Below, piece after piece: positions 1 to 9,571 of a stretch of DNA of 47,923 bases. The stretch spans positions 1 through 47,923 of the forward strand of contig CAYGKN010000001.1 in the NCBI GenBank assembly GCA_964350565.1, in the 5' to 3' direction. Positions within the stretch are counted from its first letter, which is position 1. Each line of letters begins with the position of its first letter. The position numbers were made by a program, and so were the translations under genes. Below the pieces are notes generated by a model. The model ran no database searches and was not told where the DNA came from. It saw only the letters and a program-made list of their open reading frames with translations. The DNA comes from an uncultured Gammaproteobacteria bacterium. Lineage in GTDB: Bacteria > Pseudomonadota > Gammaproteobacteria > CAYGKN01.

Positions 1-70
1 ATCACCCAGATGGAACAAGAATTGTCGTCAGCGGGTTGAGGTGAACCAAAGCGGGCACGCCTCTGCAGCT

Positions 71-135
71 CCTTGTCACCCTTGTCACCCTCGCGAAAGC
101 GAGGGGCTTACTTGCTTAGGGAAATTCCCGCTTTC
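71..135. repeat. REP-like repeat unit, copy A: a 9-mer direct duplication (cttgtcacc x2), the hairpin CCCTCGC-GAAA-GCGAGGG, and a degenerate attcccgctttc half-site
   Basis: Aligns by eye with 39977-40036 (gtcaccc-CCgcAaaagcgGggg...attcccgctttcgcgggaat). The GC-rich stem and tetraloop are visible directly. Confidence 0.6.
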
Positions 136-192
136 TCCGAGCCTGCCCTCGCGCACGCCTGTCTCTTGGTCATAAGCCAATTGCGCAACCCC

Positions 193-252
193 TTGTTTTT
201 TATATCAACGACCACTTAATCCCGCTTGCCGTGCGCGAAGCGCCGGGAGGGG
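193..252. repeat. Second dispersed repeat family, copy A (ttgttttttatatcaacgaccacttaatcccgcttgccgtgcgcgaag...)
   Basis: About 80% identical by eye over ~47 nt to 39392-39438 (ttgtcttttatatgaacaaccgcttgatcccccttgcctgcacgaag). A weaker third copy lies near 1452-1490. Confidence 0.6.
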
Positions 253-384
253 TATTTTTGAGCAAAGTATTATTACCTGCTTGTTTTGAAAAACAAAAAA
301 ATCAAAAGGCCTGAAAAATGCACCCAAATATTTTTAATGGAACAGCCCTGGGACTCAGGTGCTTATCAATGTATAGAAAATTTA

Positions 385-393
385 TGGTAGAAT
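385..393 (+). promoter_or_regulatory. Candidate extended -10 promoter (TGgTAGAAT) for the RhuM/Doc gene
   Basis: TGG-TAGAAT lies about 25-40 nt upstream of the two candidate ATGs. The -35 is weak (TTATCA with a 19-nt spacer). Confidence 0.3.
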
Positions 394-429
394 GGGATTT
401 GCAAAGCAAATTAAATGGACAAGCATTTT

Positions 430-1389
430 ATGTCAGATGTGGTCATATATAAAACCAAAGACGGGCATATTGAACTAAAAGTTAACCTATCGGAGGAAAC
501 CGTCTGGCTGACCCAAAAACAACTCTCTGATTTATTTGAAAAAAATATCAGGACCATCTCGGAGCATATCAATAATGTCTTTAAAGAAGGTGAATTGGAA
601 GAAGATGCAGTTATCCGGAATTTCCGGATAACTGCTACTGATGGTAAAACCTACGATACCAAACATTACAATTTAGATCTCATTATTTCAGTTGGATATC
701 GTGTTCACTCAAAGCGTGGTACTGAATTTAGACAGTGGGCAACGTCAGTATTAAATAAACACTTAATTAAAGGGTATACGCTAAATAAAAAGCGTTTAGC
801 TGAACATGGAGTCAAAGAACTCCAGCAATCCATTGAGCTACTACAAAAAACACTCACACAAAATGATTTAACAAATGATATTGGCATTGAAACAATACAA
901 TTGATCATGAATTACACCAAAACGTGGCACTTACTACTGGCTTATGATGAGGATAAATTAATCCTACCTGCACAAGGTCGACAACCAGTTGAAAGATTAA
1001 GTTATAACGCAGCCATTCATGCCATCGAAACGTTAAAGTCAGATCTTGCTGCCAGAAACGAGACAACCGCCCTCTTTGGTAATGAACGTGAACAGGGTCT
1101 TCAAAGTATTTTAGGTAATATCGAGCAAACATTCGCTGGTGAACCGCTGTATAAAACCATCGAAGAACGTGCTGCACATTTATTGTATTTCATTATCAAA
1201 GATCATCCTTTCAGCGACGGCAATAAACGCATTGGCTGCCTTATTTTTTTGCTGTACCTTAGATTACAAAATACGGCGATTAAGCTAAATGACAAAGGAC
1301 TTGTTGCGCTTGCCTTGCTGATTGCAGAAAGCGATCCAAAACAGAAAGATCTGATGGTTCGTCTTATTGTCAATTTATTAACGGATTAG
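430..1389 (+). CDS. RhuM-family N-terminal domain fused to a Fic/DOC (Doc-type) domain protein
   Basis: The N-terminus (MSDVVIYKTKDGHIELKVNLSEETVWLTQKQLSDLF...GYRVHSKRGTEFRQWAT) looks RhuM-like. The C-terminus carries HPFSDGNKRIG, which fits the Doc variant of the Fic motif, HxFx(D/E)(A/G)NKR. The ORF track starts at 415; the ATG at 430 fits the family N-terminus better. Confidence 0.75.
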   Translation: MSDVVIYKTKDGHIELKVNLSEETVWLTQKQLSDLFEKNIRTISEHINNVFKEGELEEDAVIRNFRITATDGKTYDTKHYNLDLIISVGYRVHSKRGTEFRQWATSVLNKHLIKGYTLNKKRLAEHGVKELQQSIELLQKTLTQNDLTNDIGIETIQLIMNYTKTWHLLLAYDEDKLILPAQGRQPVERLSYNAAIHAIETLKSDLAARNETTALFGNEREQGLQSILGNIEQTFAGEPLYKTIEERAAHLLYFIIKDHPFSDGNKRIGCLIFLLYLRLQNTAIKLNDKGLVALALLIAESDPKQKDLMVRLIVNLLTD

Positions 1390-1514
1390 ACAATAGGCAG
1401 CTAAACGGAATTCACCATCACTTCAACCGGAAATTTCTATTTTGGTTTGACACCCCCTTGTTGTGTGCGCTGCGCGATGGGGCGCGAATTCATTTATCCA
1501 GCGGCTCCCCAAGC

Positions 1515-2159
1515 CTAACATTTCTTGGCGTTCCTGTTGCAATCCCTGACAGGTTCATGTACGACATACCTCCTTATCACCCACTGATACTCGCGACTCC
1601 CAGGGGGATAGTGCGCTGCCAAATGCTGCCAAGCTTCTTTTGCAGCCGCTTTGTTCTGTAATTTTTCATTCAACTGGGCCAGCAAGGCCCAAGCAGAAGT
1701 GGCATCCGGGTATTGCTCTACCAAAGCTTGCATCTCTGCAATGGAGGCCAAACAATCCTGCGAGTTCCCTGTTAACCAGGCTTGCTCTGCCAACAACAAT
1801 TGCACGCGAGGCTCTTTGGGAGCCAAAGCGGCCGCTTTGGCAATATACGCATCGACATGGGGATCTCCCATTTGGCGTGCCAATTTAGCAAGCAATAACC
1901 AACCCGTTAAATCTTGGGGGTGTGCAGCCGCAGTTTGATGCAAGCGTGCAAACAAAGCACCTGGAGGTAGCGTTGACCACTGCCGCACCATTCTCTCTTG
2001 ACGAAATGCCTGATAACGCTCAGGCCACTGCCCGAAATAACCAAGCCCCAACAAGGTGACCACAGCAATCGATAACAGGGAAGAAAAACGAGACCAGCGT
2101 TGCAGATGAGCCGTATAGAATAACCCCACAACCATCACCAAAAACAGTATAGCAATCAT
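1515..2159 (-). CDS. Membrane-anchored TPR-like protein (CcmI/CycH-like, tentative)
   Basis: Two N-terminal hydrophobic helices are followed by Ala/Leu-rich TPR-like repeats. Its start overlaps the prfC stop (ATGA). The functional name is a guess. Confidence 0.5.
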   Translation of the reverse strand: MIAILFLVMVVGLFYTAHLQRWSRFSSLLSIAVVTLLGLGYFGQWPERYQAFRQERMVRQWSTLPPGALFARLHQTAAAHPQDLTGWLLLAKLARQMGDPHVDAYIAKAAALAPKEPRVQLLLAEQAWLTGNSQDCLASIAEMQALVEQYPDATSAWALLAQLNEKLQNKAAAKEAWQHLAAHYPPGSREYQWVIRRYVVHEPVRDCNRNAKKC

Positions 2160-3715
2160 CCTTGATACTCACGCGTATCGTGGAACTTCAACTCAGGCCA
2201 ACGCTCCTGAGTTAATTCGAGATTCACACGACTCGTGGCCATAAAGCATAAGGTCTCACTGCCATCACGCGCCAGCTGCGCGGCACACTTCTCCTCAAAG
2301 CGCTTTAGCATATCGTACTCACCCTCTATCCAGCGCACCAACTGCACGCGACTCGCTTCATAAGTACAATTCACCTGATATTCGGTTTCTAATCGATAAG
2401 CCACCACATCAAACTGCAATTGCCCGATGGCCCCAATTAAGACTTCATTGCCCATCAGAGGTCGAAATACCTGAACCGCCCCCTCTTGGGCCAACTGATC
2501 TAAGCCCTTATTCAATGCCTTGGCTTTTAATGGATCACTCAATACCACACGGCGAAACAATTCAGGGGCAAAAAAAGGAATGCCTGTGAATTGCAATGAA
2601 GACTTTTGCGTAAAACTATCTCCAATTTGAATGTTGCCGTGATTGTAAATCCCAATGATATCTCCAGGATAAGCTTCTTTGACTGCACTGCGCTCATTGG
2701 CCAACATCTGTAATCCTTGCTGAAACGTCATCTGCTTGCCCGTTCGCACTTGATGGACTTTCATGCCCTCCTGGAACTGCCCAGAACAAATGCGCGCAAA
2801 CGCCAAACGATCGTGATGCTTGGGATCCATATTCGCCTGTATCTTAAACACAAAGGCTGAAAATTCTTTCTCATCTGGAGACACCAAGCGCGTGTGAGAG
2901 GCTCTAGGCAAAGGCGGCGGGCTCATCTCTGCCAAACCTTCTATCAACTCTCCCACCCCCATTTGATTCATTGCAGATCCAAAAAATACTGGTGTTTGCT
3001 GGCCTGATAAATACCCCTCTCTGTCAAAGCTTCCTTGAGCGGCCATCACCAATTCCAAAGTTTCTTTCCAAACGGGATACTGTTCAGGGATCCACTCCGC
3101 GACTGATTCTATGCCTTTTCGCACTTCATGCACCCGCTTGCATTCCCTATCACTACTAGCAGGATAATAATGCACCTCATTTCTGAGCACATGATAAACG
3201 CCGACAAATTCACTGCCCAAACCAATTGGCCAAGTGACAATGACTGGATGCAACCCCAATTCCAGATGTAATTCATCTAATAAATCCAAAGGCTCACGAC
3301 AGGCCCTATCGCATTTATTGATAAACGTGATGATGGGTGTCTCACGCCTTTGACACACCGCAAACAATTGCTTGGTTCTCGACTCTACGCCTTTAACCGC
3401 ATCAATCACCATCAACGCAGAATCCACAGCCGTCAAGGTACGATACGTATCCTCAGAGAAATCTGCATGTCCGGGAGTATCCAATAAATTAAAACGTCTC
3501 CCGCCATAATCAAATTGCATCACAGAGGTCGTTACCGAAATCCCTCGGGCCTTCTCTAAAGCCAACCAATCTGAGGTGGCATGCCGAGCACTTTTTCTGG
3601 CTTTCACACTGCCCGCTAAATGAATGGCTCCAGAATGCAACAACAGTTTTTCTGTCACCGTGGTTTTACCGGCATCCGGGTGAGAAATAATAGCAAAGGT
3701 GGCTCGTGTATTCAT
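2156..3715 (-). CDS. prfC: Peptide chain release factor 3 (translational GTPase)
   Basis: Has the G1 motif AIISHPDAGKTT, DTPGHADF and NKCDR, and the length (519 aa) is typical of RF3. Confidence 0.95.
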   Translation of the reverse strand: MNTRATFAIISHPDAGKTTVTEKLLLHSGAIHLAGSVKARKSARHATSDWLALEKARGISVTTSVMQFDYGGRRFNLLDTPGHADFSEDTYRTLTAVDSALMVIDAVKGVESRTKQLFAVCQRRETPIITFINKCDRACREPLDLLDELHLELGLHPVIVTWPIGLGSEFVGVYHVLRNEVHYYPASSDRECKRVHEVRKGIESVAEWIPEQYPVWKETLELVMAAQGSFDREGYLSGQQTPVFFGSAMNQMGVGELIEGLAEMSPPPLPRASHTRLVSPDEKEFSAFVFKIQANMDPKHHDRLAFARICSGQFQEGMKVHQVRTGKQMTFQQGLQMLANERSAVKEAYPGDIIGIYNHGNIQIGDSFTQKSSLQFTGIPFFAPELFRRVVLSDPLKAKALNKGLDQLAQEGAVQVFRPLMGNEVLIGAIGQLQFDVVAYRLETEYQVNCTYEASRVQLVRWIEGEYDMLKRFEEKCAAQLARDGSETLCFMATSRVNLELTQERWPELKFHDTREYQG

Positions 3716-3731
3716 GCAATCATCATAGCAT

Positions 3732-4592
3732 TTAGCGGGACTGACTCAAGTCTTTTATGCGCATAGCCAATGCATACCATTCAGCACGCTCCCCCCCAAA
3801 GAGTTGATGGGCCACTTTCGCCGCTTTAGAAACCGACAATTCCTTCAGCAATACTTTGAGCGCCTCCTCTGATGAAGGAGAATGCATCTCCAACTGCTCC
3901 GGTGCACCACTTACAATGAGTACAAATTCCCCCCGCGTGCGTGCAGACTCTGCCATTAACCATTGCTCTACCCCTGACAGAGAATCACGAATGGTATGCT
4001 CATGACGCTTCGTCAACTCCTTACTCAAGCTTGCCAATCGGTCCCCACCAAAAACGGCTTTCATATCTTTGAGTGTTTCTAGAATGCGATGCGGGGCTTC
4101 ATAAAACACCATGGTTCTCCTCTCACTGGCCAATAACGCCAATTGCGAGCGACGCCGAGAAGGCTCGGCTCCCAAAAAACCCACAAAAATAAAAGGGACT
4201 ACTGGCAACCCACTCACACTCAATGCCGCAGTCAGTGCACTGGGGCCCGCAATCGTTTTCACCACAATACCTGCCGCATGGCAAGCACTCACCAATGCTC
4301 CTCCAGGATCATGGATCCCCGGCGTGCCCGCATCACTGACCAAGGCCACACGCTTACCCTGTTGCAATTGCTCCACCCAGCGTGTGAGTGCATGGGCTTC
4401 ATTGTGTCGATGCAAAGCATGTACTGAACCTTCAATCCCCAGGTGCTGTAGTAAATGCCCGGTTACCCGAGTATCCTCTGCCAAAATCACATCGACTTCA
4501 GACAATACGGCACAGGCATGCCCACTACAATCTCCCAAATGCCCAATGGGCGTTGCAACGACATAACACACTCCCGGCTCAACCAATAACAT
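3732..4592 (-). CDS. rsmI: 16S rRNA (cytidine1402-2'-O)-methyltransferase RsmI
   Basis: Tetrapyrrole-methylase-fold N-terminus: YVVATPIGHLGDCS...ILAEDTRVTGHLL...SDAGTPGIHDPG. Confidence 0.85.
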   Translation of the reverse strand: MLLVEPGVCYVVATPIGHLGDCSGHACAVLSEVDVILAEDTRVTGHLLQHLGIEGSVHALHRHNEAHALTRWVEQLQQGKRVALVSDAGTPGIHDPGGALVSACHAAGIVVKTIAGPSALTAALSVSGLPVVPFIFVGFLGAEPSRRRSQLALLASERRTMVFYEAPHRILETLKDMKAVFGGDRLASLSKELTKRHEHTIRDSLSGVEQWLMAESARTRGEFVLIVSGAPEQLEMHSPSSEEALKVLLKELSVSKAAKVAHQLFGGERAEWYALAMRIKDLSQSR

Positions 4593-4594
4593 CG

Positions 4595-6322
4595 CTAAAC
4601 CTGCAACAAAGACTTTTGCAACTGCGCTTTCTCAGACATGAGTTTTAATAATTCTTCTCTATCGTCATTGGTCAATTCTCCACGACGCGCTTTATCCAAT
4701 TTCCCCTCAATCACACGAGTTAATGCCAACTGCTCCACTTTTCTCATCAACCCCACCCAACTGTCTTTGGCCTCTTCTGGCTTCCAAGACGGAAAATCCA
4801 TCCCAACCAATTGAGAGAGCAATTCATGGCCCTCTTCTCCCCTCCAGTGATTTAATAATCGCGCTGCTGTCCAATCTGGAGAGTTTCTCAGTTGTTCTAG
4901 AATCGAGAGCAACAATTCTCCATGCGGCAATTGTGACACCCTCTGCGCATCGTTGAAATGAAATGCGGTTGCCAATTCAGGCTGGCCCAATAAAATACCG
5001 ATGGCAAACAATACCGGATCGTCAGGCAACTTGGTTCCGAATGCCTTCTCTGGAGTCGATTGCATCGGTTTCTCTCGATAACCTCTCAACTGTTCACGCG
5101 TAAATCCTGATAATAAACTTAATTTTTCCAAAAAACTTTCATACAGCAAGGGCACATCCAATCCCTCCACAGCTTGCAGCGCCGCACGCACCCACTGCAC
5201 CCGCGCACTCAGACTGTGATCGTCGCCTCGCAATTGAGCCAGCAACCAATCTGGCCAATCCTCGGCCGCGTTAAAACGCTGCTGCATGGTTTCCAATCCG
5301 CCTTTGGCAATACAAGAATCTGGATCTTCCCCCTGGGGCAGTAACACCAATTTTAATAATCTATCTGGAGTGAGGGTCGGTAGGGCATGAGACAAGGCCC
5401 GCATCGCTGCACGCACCCCTGCTGCATCACCATCAAAACACAATACCAATTTATCCGTGTAACGCCACAACAAGCGAATATGTGATGCACTCGGCGCTGT
5501 GCCCAATGTGGCCAATGCCTGAAAGCATCCCACATTCGCAAGCGCCAATACATCCATATATCCTTCCACCAAATACAAAGGCTCATGGATATTGCGATGC
5601 TTGATACACTCGTATAACCCATACAAGACTTCACTTTTATGGAAAACTTCTGTAGTCGGAGAATTTAAATATTTGGGATGCTCATCCCCCATGGTGCGTC
5701 CACCAAAACCCAATACCTCTCCTTTAATATTGCGAATGGGAAACATCACGCGATCTGAAAACTTTGGCCAGCGACCAGACAATAAACCCGCTTTTTGCAA
5801 GACGCCATCAGGAATATTTAAAGCGCGACAATACTCACCACCGGGGGCATAGCCCAATGCGTAAGTACCACAGACTTCACCCGACATACCACGCCCCTTT
5901 AAATACTCGATCGCAGGCGCATGTTTGCGCAAAGCTCCCTGATAATAATGGCTCATCTGAGCGAGGGCTTCTAACAACACCTCCTTGAGCTTATCCTTGG
6001 CCTCTTGACGAGGACTATAGGAAGGCAATGTCATATTCACACTGCCAGCCAATTGAGAAATCGCCGTTTTAAAATCTACCCCCTGAATGGCTTGGATGAA
6101 GTGAATGACATCCCCCCCCACTCCACAGCCAAAACAATGATAACGTTGCTTTGTGGGGAACACATAAAATGAGGGGGTTTTTTCTTGATGAAATGGGCAA
6201 CACGCCACAAAATACATACCGCGACGCTTTAACTGCAAATAAGGACGCACGCAATCGAGAATATCGATTCGAGATAGCAATTCATCAATGAATGCTCGGT
6301 AACTAGACTCAACCACCGCCAA
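4595..6322 (-). CDS. dnaG: DNA primase
   Basis: Zinc ribbon CCPFHQEKTPSFYV...YHCFGCGVGGDVIHF plus a TOPRIM region (LVEGYMDVL, CFDGDAAG). The start is a TTG or GTG that overlaps the yqeY stop. Confidence 0.93.
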   Translation of the reverse strand: MAVVESSYRAFIDELLSRIDILDCVRPYLQLKRRGMYFVACCPFHQEKTPSFYVFPTKQRYHCFGCGVGGDVIHFIQAIQGVDFKTAISQLAGSVNMTLPSYSPRQEAKDKLKEVLLEALAQMSHYYQGALRKHAPAIEYLKGRGMSGEVCGTYALGYAPGGEYCRALNIPDGVLQKAGLLSGRWPKFSDRVMFPIRNIKGEVLGFGGRTMGDEHPKYLNSPTTEVFHKSEVLYGLYECIKHRNIHEPLYLVEGYMDVLALANVGCFQALATLGTAPSASHIRLLWRYTDKLVLCFDGDAAGVRAAMRALSHALPTLTPDRLLKLVLLPQGEDPDSCIAKGGLETMQQRFNAAEDWPDWLLAQLRGDDHSLSARVQWVRAALQAVEGLDVPLLYESFLEKLSLLSGFTREQLRGYREKPMQSTPEKAFGTKLPDDPVLFAIGILLGQPELATAFHFNDAQRVSQLPHGELLLSILEQLRNSPDWTAARLLNHWRGEEGHELLSQLVGMDFPSWKPEEAKDSWVGLMRKVEQLALTRVIEGKLDKARRGELTNDDREELLKLMSEKAQLQKSLLQV

Positions 6323-6761
6323 GCTGCTGTTTGACTAACGCCGACAATGCAGACATGTCACATCGACCCGTCAAGGCAGTGCGCAAATGATTCATCACAC
6401 GACCCATGTCTTTAATGCCATCGGCTTTCAACTCAGAAATGGCCTCTATAACGGCTGCTTTGACTGCAGCCTCATCCAGTGGAGTGGGTAGAAATCCCTC
6501 GATTACAGCCATTTCGAAACGCTCTTTGGCAATCAAATCTTCACGCGAGGCTTTTTCATACTGAACAATGGATTCTTCTCGCTGTTTTTTCATCTTCGCC
6601 AAAATACCAAACACATCTGCATCCAAGAGCTCTCGACGCTCATCCACTTCGATTTGCTTCATGGCAGCAGAAATCAAACGAATAGCATCACGACGCATAG
6701 AATCCCCTGATTTCATTGCAGATTTCAACGCCTCCTGAATCGATGTCTTGACTACTGACAT
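6309..6761 (-). CDS. yqeY: GatB/YqeY domain protein
   Basis: 150 aa. The pattern IQEALKSAMKSGD...RLISAAMKQIEVD...E..II..FLP is typical of the YqeY family. It sits between rpsU and dnaG. Confidence 0.85.
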   Translation of the reverse strand: MSVVKTSIQEALKSAMKSGDSMRRDAIRLISAAMKQIEVDERRELLDADVFGILAKMKKQREESIVQYEKASREDLIAKERFEMAVIEGFLPTPLDEAAVKAAVIEAISELKADGIKDMGRVMNHLRTALTGRCDMSALSALVKQQLGGG

Positions 6762-6773
6762 GAGGATACTGCC

Positions 6774-7013
6774 CTAGCTCTTCTTGAAATACCGCGCTGC
6801 ACGCTTATCTCTGGGTTGAGGCATCTCACGCTGCAATTTGCGCAAATGACGCTTCACGGCTGCGGCTCTATCGGCCTGACGCTGCACCGCACGCTTAATA
6901 TAGTGCATGCGCTTTTTTCGCAATTCACTCAAAATACCGGCCCTCTCGCTCAGGCGCTTCAACCGACGGATGGCGCCCTCTACATCTTCAGAATTGACTC
7001 GTACACTAGGCAT
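6774..7013 (-). CDS. rpsU: 30S ribosomal protein S21
   Basis: MPSVRV...EGAIRRLKR..ERAGILSELRKK..Y.K....R...AAAVKRHLRKL. It heads the classical rpsU-dnaG arrangement. Confidence 0.93.
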   Translation of the reverse strand: MPSVRVNSEDVEGAIRRLKRLSERAGILSELRKKRMHYIKRAVQRQADRAAAVKRHLRKLQREMPQPRDKRAARYFKKS

Positions 7014-7036
7014 TCACACCTCTTCACAAAAACTCT

Positions 7037-7064
7037 ATTCTAGCATGCTATTTTTAAAAGGCAA
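7037..7064 (-). promoter_or_regulatory. Candidate sigma70 promoter for rpsU (TTGCCT-16-TGcTAGAAT)
   Basis: Read on the minus strand: ttgcct tttaaaaatagcatgc tagaat, about 25 nt upstream of the rpsU ATG. Confidence 0.45.
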
Positions 7065-7148
7065 CAAGTTAGCCACTCAACGAGCGGTTATTTTAGACCT
7101 TTTCCCCCAAAGTTTGTACAATGGCTATGAGTTTAACGTGTTTTCACC

Positions 7149-8012
7149 ATGTCCATTAGCGGATTTACCTTTTTAAAGAACCCTGAAAAGCTCGGGTATC
7201 CCTTCTTACTTTCTATTCAATCTGCCCTGTCTTTATGTGATGAATTCATCATTGCGCTGGGGCCTTGCGACGACAATACCCTAGAAAAACTCCACACTCT
7301 GCCTCAGGAAAAACTCAAAATTCTTCACACCCACTGGAATCACCACATTCCCCACAAAGGATACACCTACGCCCAACAAAAAATGATAGCTCAATTCAAC
7401 TGTCAGGGGGATTGGGTACTTTATCTGGAAGCTGATGAAATTCTTCATGAAAAAGATTTGCCCTCCATCAAAGCGGCTGCAGCACAAGCCGCTTTGAATG
7501 TGGAGGCCTTGGTATTTGACTATTATCACTTCTATGGCAATGTGGCTACCTACCTAGACTCTCCGGCTTGGTACCGACGTGCGCCTCGAATGCTACGCAA
7601 TACCTTGCGCAGCTATGCCCCCGATGGCCTCTACTGGCTCATTCTTGATAAAAATAACCGACGCGCGCGTTACCCACGTGCTGCCTTGGCACATGCCCAT
7701 ATTTATCACTATGGTTGGGTGCGCACTGAAAAACAAATGCAAGAAAAACTCAATGAAGTCAAGCACCTATGGGGCAACCACACTCAAGATTACCATGCAC
7801 TGCGCTATGCGAACATCGACCCCAGCATTCTGCGTCTTTTTCAAGGACAACACCCCAATGGGGTTCTTGAGCACTTCCCCGAAGCGGCTCATCTGTTCCC
7901 CAGTGATCCCCATTATCGACTCAATTCGAGAGACAAAAGACAACACCTTAAAATGTGGATAGAAAAATGGCTCCACGTCGACTTATCCAGAAAACATTTT
8001 CACTTGATATAG
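7149..8012 (+). CDS. GT-A-fold (family 2-like) glycosyltransferase, substrate unknown
   Basis: ISGFTFLKNPEKLGYPFLLSIQSALSLCDEFIIALGPCDDNT and YLEADE (DxD-like) resemble a widespread small GT2-like family. Confidence 0.55.
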   Translation: MSISGFTFLKNPEKLGYPFLLSIQSALSLCDEFIIALGPCDDNTLEKLHTLPQEKLKILHTHWNHHIPHKGYTYAQQKMIAQFNCQGDWVLYLEADEILHEKDLPSIKAAAAQAALNVEALVFDYYHFYGNVATYLDSPAWYRRAPRMLRNTLRSYAPDGLYWLILDKNNRRARYPRAALAHAHIYHYGWVRTEKQMQEKLNEVKHLWGNHTQDYHALRYANIDPSILRLFQGQHPNGVLEHFPEAAHLFPSDPHYRLNSRDKRQHLKMWIEKWLHVDLSRKHFHLI

Positions 8013-8030
8013 CTTGCACTTAAAATAGAC

Positions 8031-8059
8031 TTGAAAAACCACCTGATTTCATGTCTAAT
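8031..8059 (+). promoter_or_regulatory. Candidate sigma70 promoter for tRNA-Leu (TTGAAA-17-TCTAAT)
   Basis: The spacing is exactly 17 bp, and the -10 ends about 14 nt before the tRNA 5' end. Confidence 0.5.
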
Positions 8060-8070
8060 GGCTACTGGAA

Positions 8071-8159
<89 letters not shown>

Positions 8160-8184
8160 GATGTTCAAGTTGGAGTGTTAAGTT

Positions 8185-9525
8185 ATGCAAGTGACCGTAA
8201 ATCAAGATAATATTTCGATGGAATTCACCATCACCATCCCCCTAGGCACTATCGAGAAAGAAGTGGACAAACAACTCAAAGAAGCAGAAAAGAGTGTTAA
8301 CATTCCAGGCTTTCGAAAAAACAGCAGCTTAAAGCTTCGTTACTTGCGCAAGCAGCATGGCGAACGGATCCGTGCAGACATCATCCAACGCTACCGAGAA
8401 ACTGAATGGTTGAGAAAAGCCTGTGAGCAAGAAAATGCCACACCCATTACCCCTCCCGTTATCGATGATATCACCAATGAGCTCGATAAGGACTATGTAT
8501 TTTCAGCGAAATTTGAAGTGGAGCCTGAGTTTGAATTGATCGATTTTTCAGATAAATCCTTTGAGAAAGCGGTCGGAAAAATCGAAGACTTAGATGTTGA
8601 AAAAGCACTCAAAGAAATGAGAAGAGAACATGCTTCGTGGGAATTGACTGAGGAACCAGCCAAAGAAGGCGATCGTGTGGGCATCGCCCTAGAAACCAAG
8701 GATCAAAACGGTGAGATAGTAGAAGAGCTCTGCACCATTGGTGAAGCGCCTTATCCTTTCACTGCCACTATAAATAGTGGAGGGGCCATTCCTGGTTTGC
8801 GTGCTCAGCTTATTGGTCTAAAGGCTGGGGATAAACACTCCGTTGAACTCACAATGCCTAAGAATTTCGCTCAGGAGCCAAAATACTCCGGTCAAACCTT
8901 AGTCTTCAATATCGAGGTAAAAGAAGTAAACCACCCCATATTACCTGCACTTGATGATGCCTTCGCCCAAGAATTGCTCGAAGAAGATTCCACCGTGCAT
9001 GATTTGCGCGATGCGGTCAGAGAACAGCTCACAGCAACCTTAGATGAATTACTGCTGGATAAGCAAATGGAACTCTTAAGAATAACAATGGCCAAATGGC
9101 ATGCTGACATCGCTCTGCCTCAGATGTTGTATCGCCAGTATTTAATCAATGCCTTTTCCTATCAGTTTTTCGAGAAAGGATTAGTAGACTTAGAAACGAT
9201 CGAACTGAGTCAATTGGAAGACCTACTCACGGCGGAGGAAACAGCCTCTGTCCGCGATGAGATCAGGGGCGACTTGGTATTATCAAAAATCATCCGTACA
9301 GCAGAGTTAAAGGTTGAACAAAAGGATGTCTATGAAAACCTCGTAAATATGGCCCAAAAATTCCAGAATCCAGAAGCCGCCTTAAAAAGGCTCGCTGCTC
9401 AACAAGACACTGTTGCCAAAGCCCAAAAAAACGCTTGGAATCGAGCAGTGCTCAAGCATCTATTAGAGACCATAGAACATCAGGAAAAGACATATCGTTA
9501 TAGTGAGCTGATGCAGAACCCCTAG
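8185..9525 (+). CDS. tig: Trigger factor
   Basis: 446 aa. The N-terminus carries the ribosome-binding signature GFRKN, followed by an acidic PPIase/C-terminal arm. It lies upstream of clpP-clpX-lon. Confidence 0.9.
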   Translation: MQVTVNQDNISMEFTITIPLGTIEKEVDKQLKEAEKSVNIPGFRKNSSLKLRYLRKQHGERIRADIIQRYRETEWLRKACEQENATPITPPVIDDITNELDKDYVFSAKFEVEPEFELIDFSDKSFEKAVGKIEDLDVEKALKEMRREHASWELTEEPAKEGDRVGIALETKDQNGEIVEELCTIGEAPYPFTATINSGGAIPGLRAQLIGLKAGDKHSVELTMPKNFAQEPKYSGQTLVFNIEVKEVNHPILPALDDAFAQELLEEDSTVHDLRDAVREQLTATLDELLLDKQMELLRITMAKWHADIALPQMLYRQYLINAFSYQFFEKGLVDLETIELSQLEDLLTAEETASVRDEIRGDLVLSKIIRTAELKVEQKDVYENLVNMAQKFQNPEAALKRLAAQQDTVAKAQKNAWNRAVLKHLLETIEHQEKTYRYSELMQNP

Positions 9526-9571
9526 ATTCTTTGTATACTGAACGAATCAAGCAAATGTAAGGAGTATTGTG

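Noticed and set aside
1-39. Possible 3' end of an upstream plus-strand gene (frame 1 reads ITQMEQELSSAG, then a stop)
   Set aside because: Only 12 codons are visible, which is too short to support any call.
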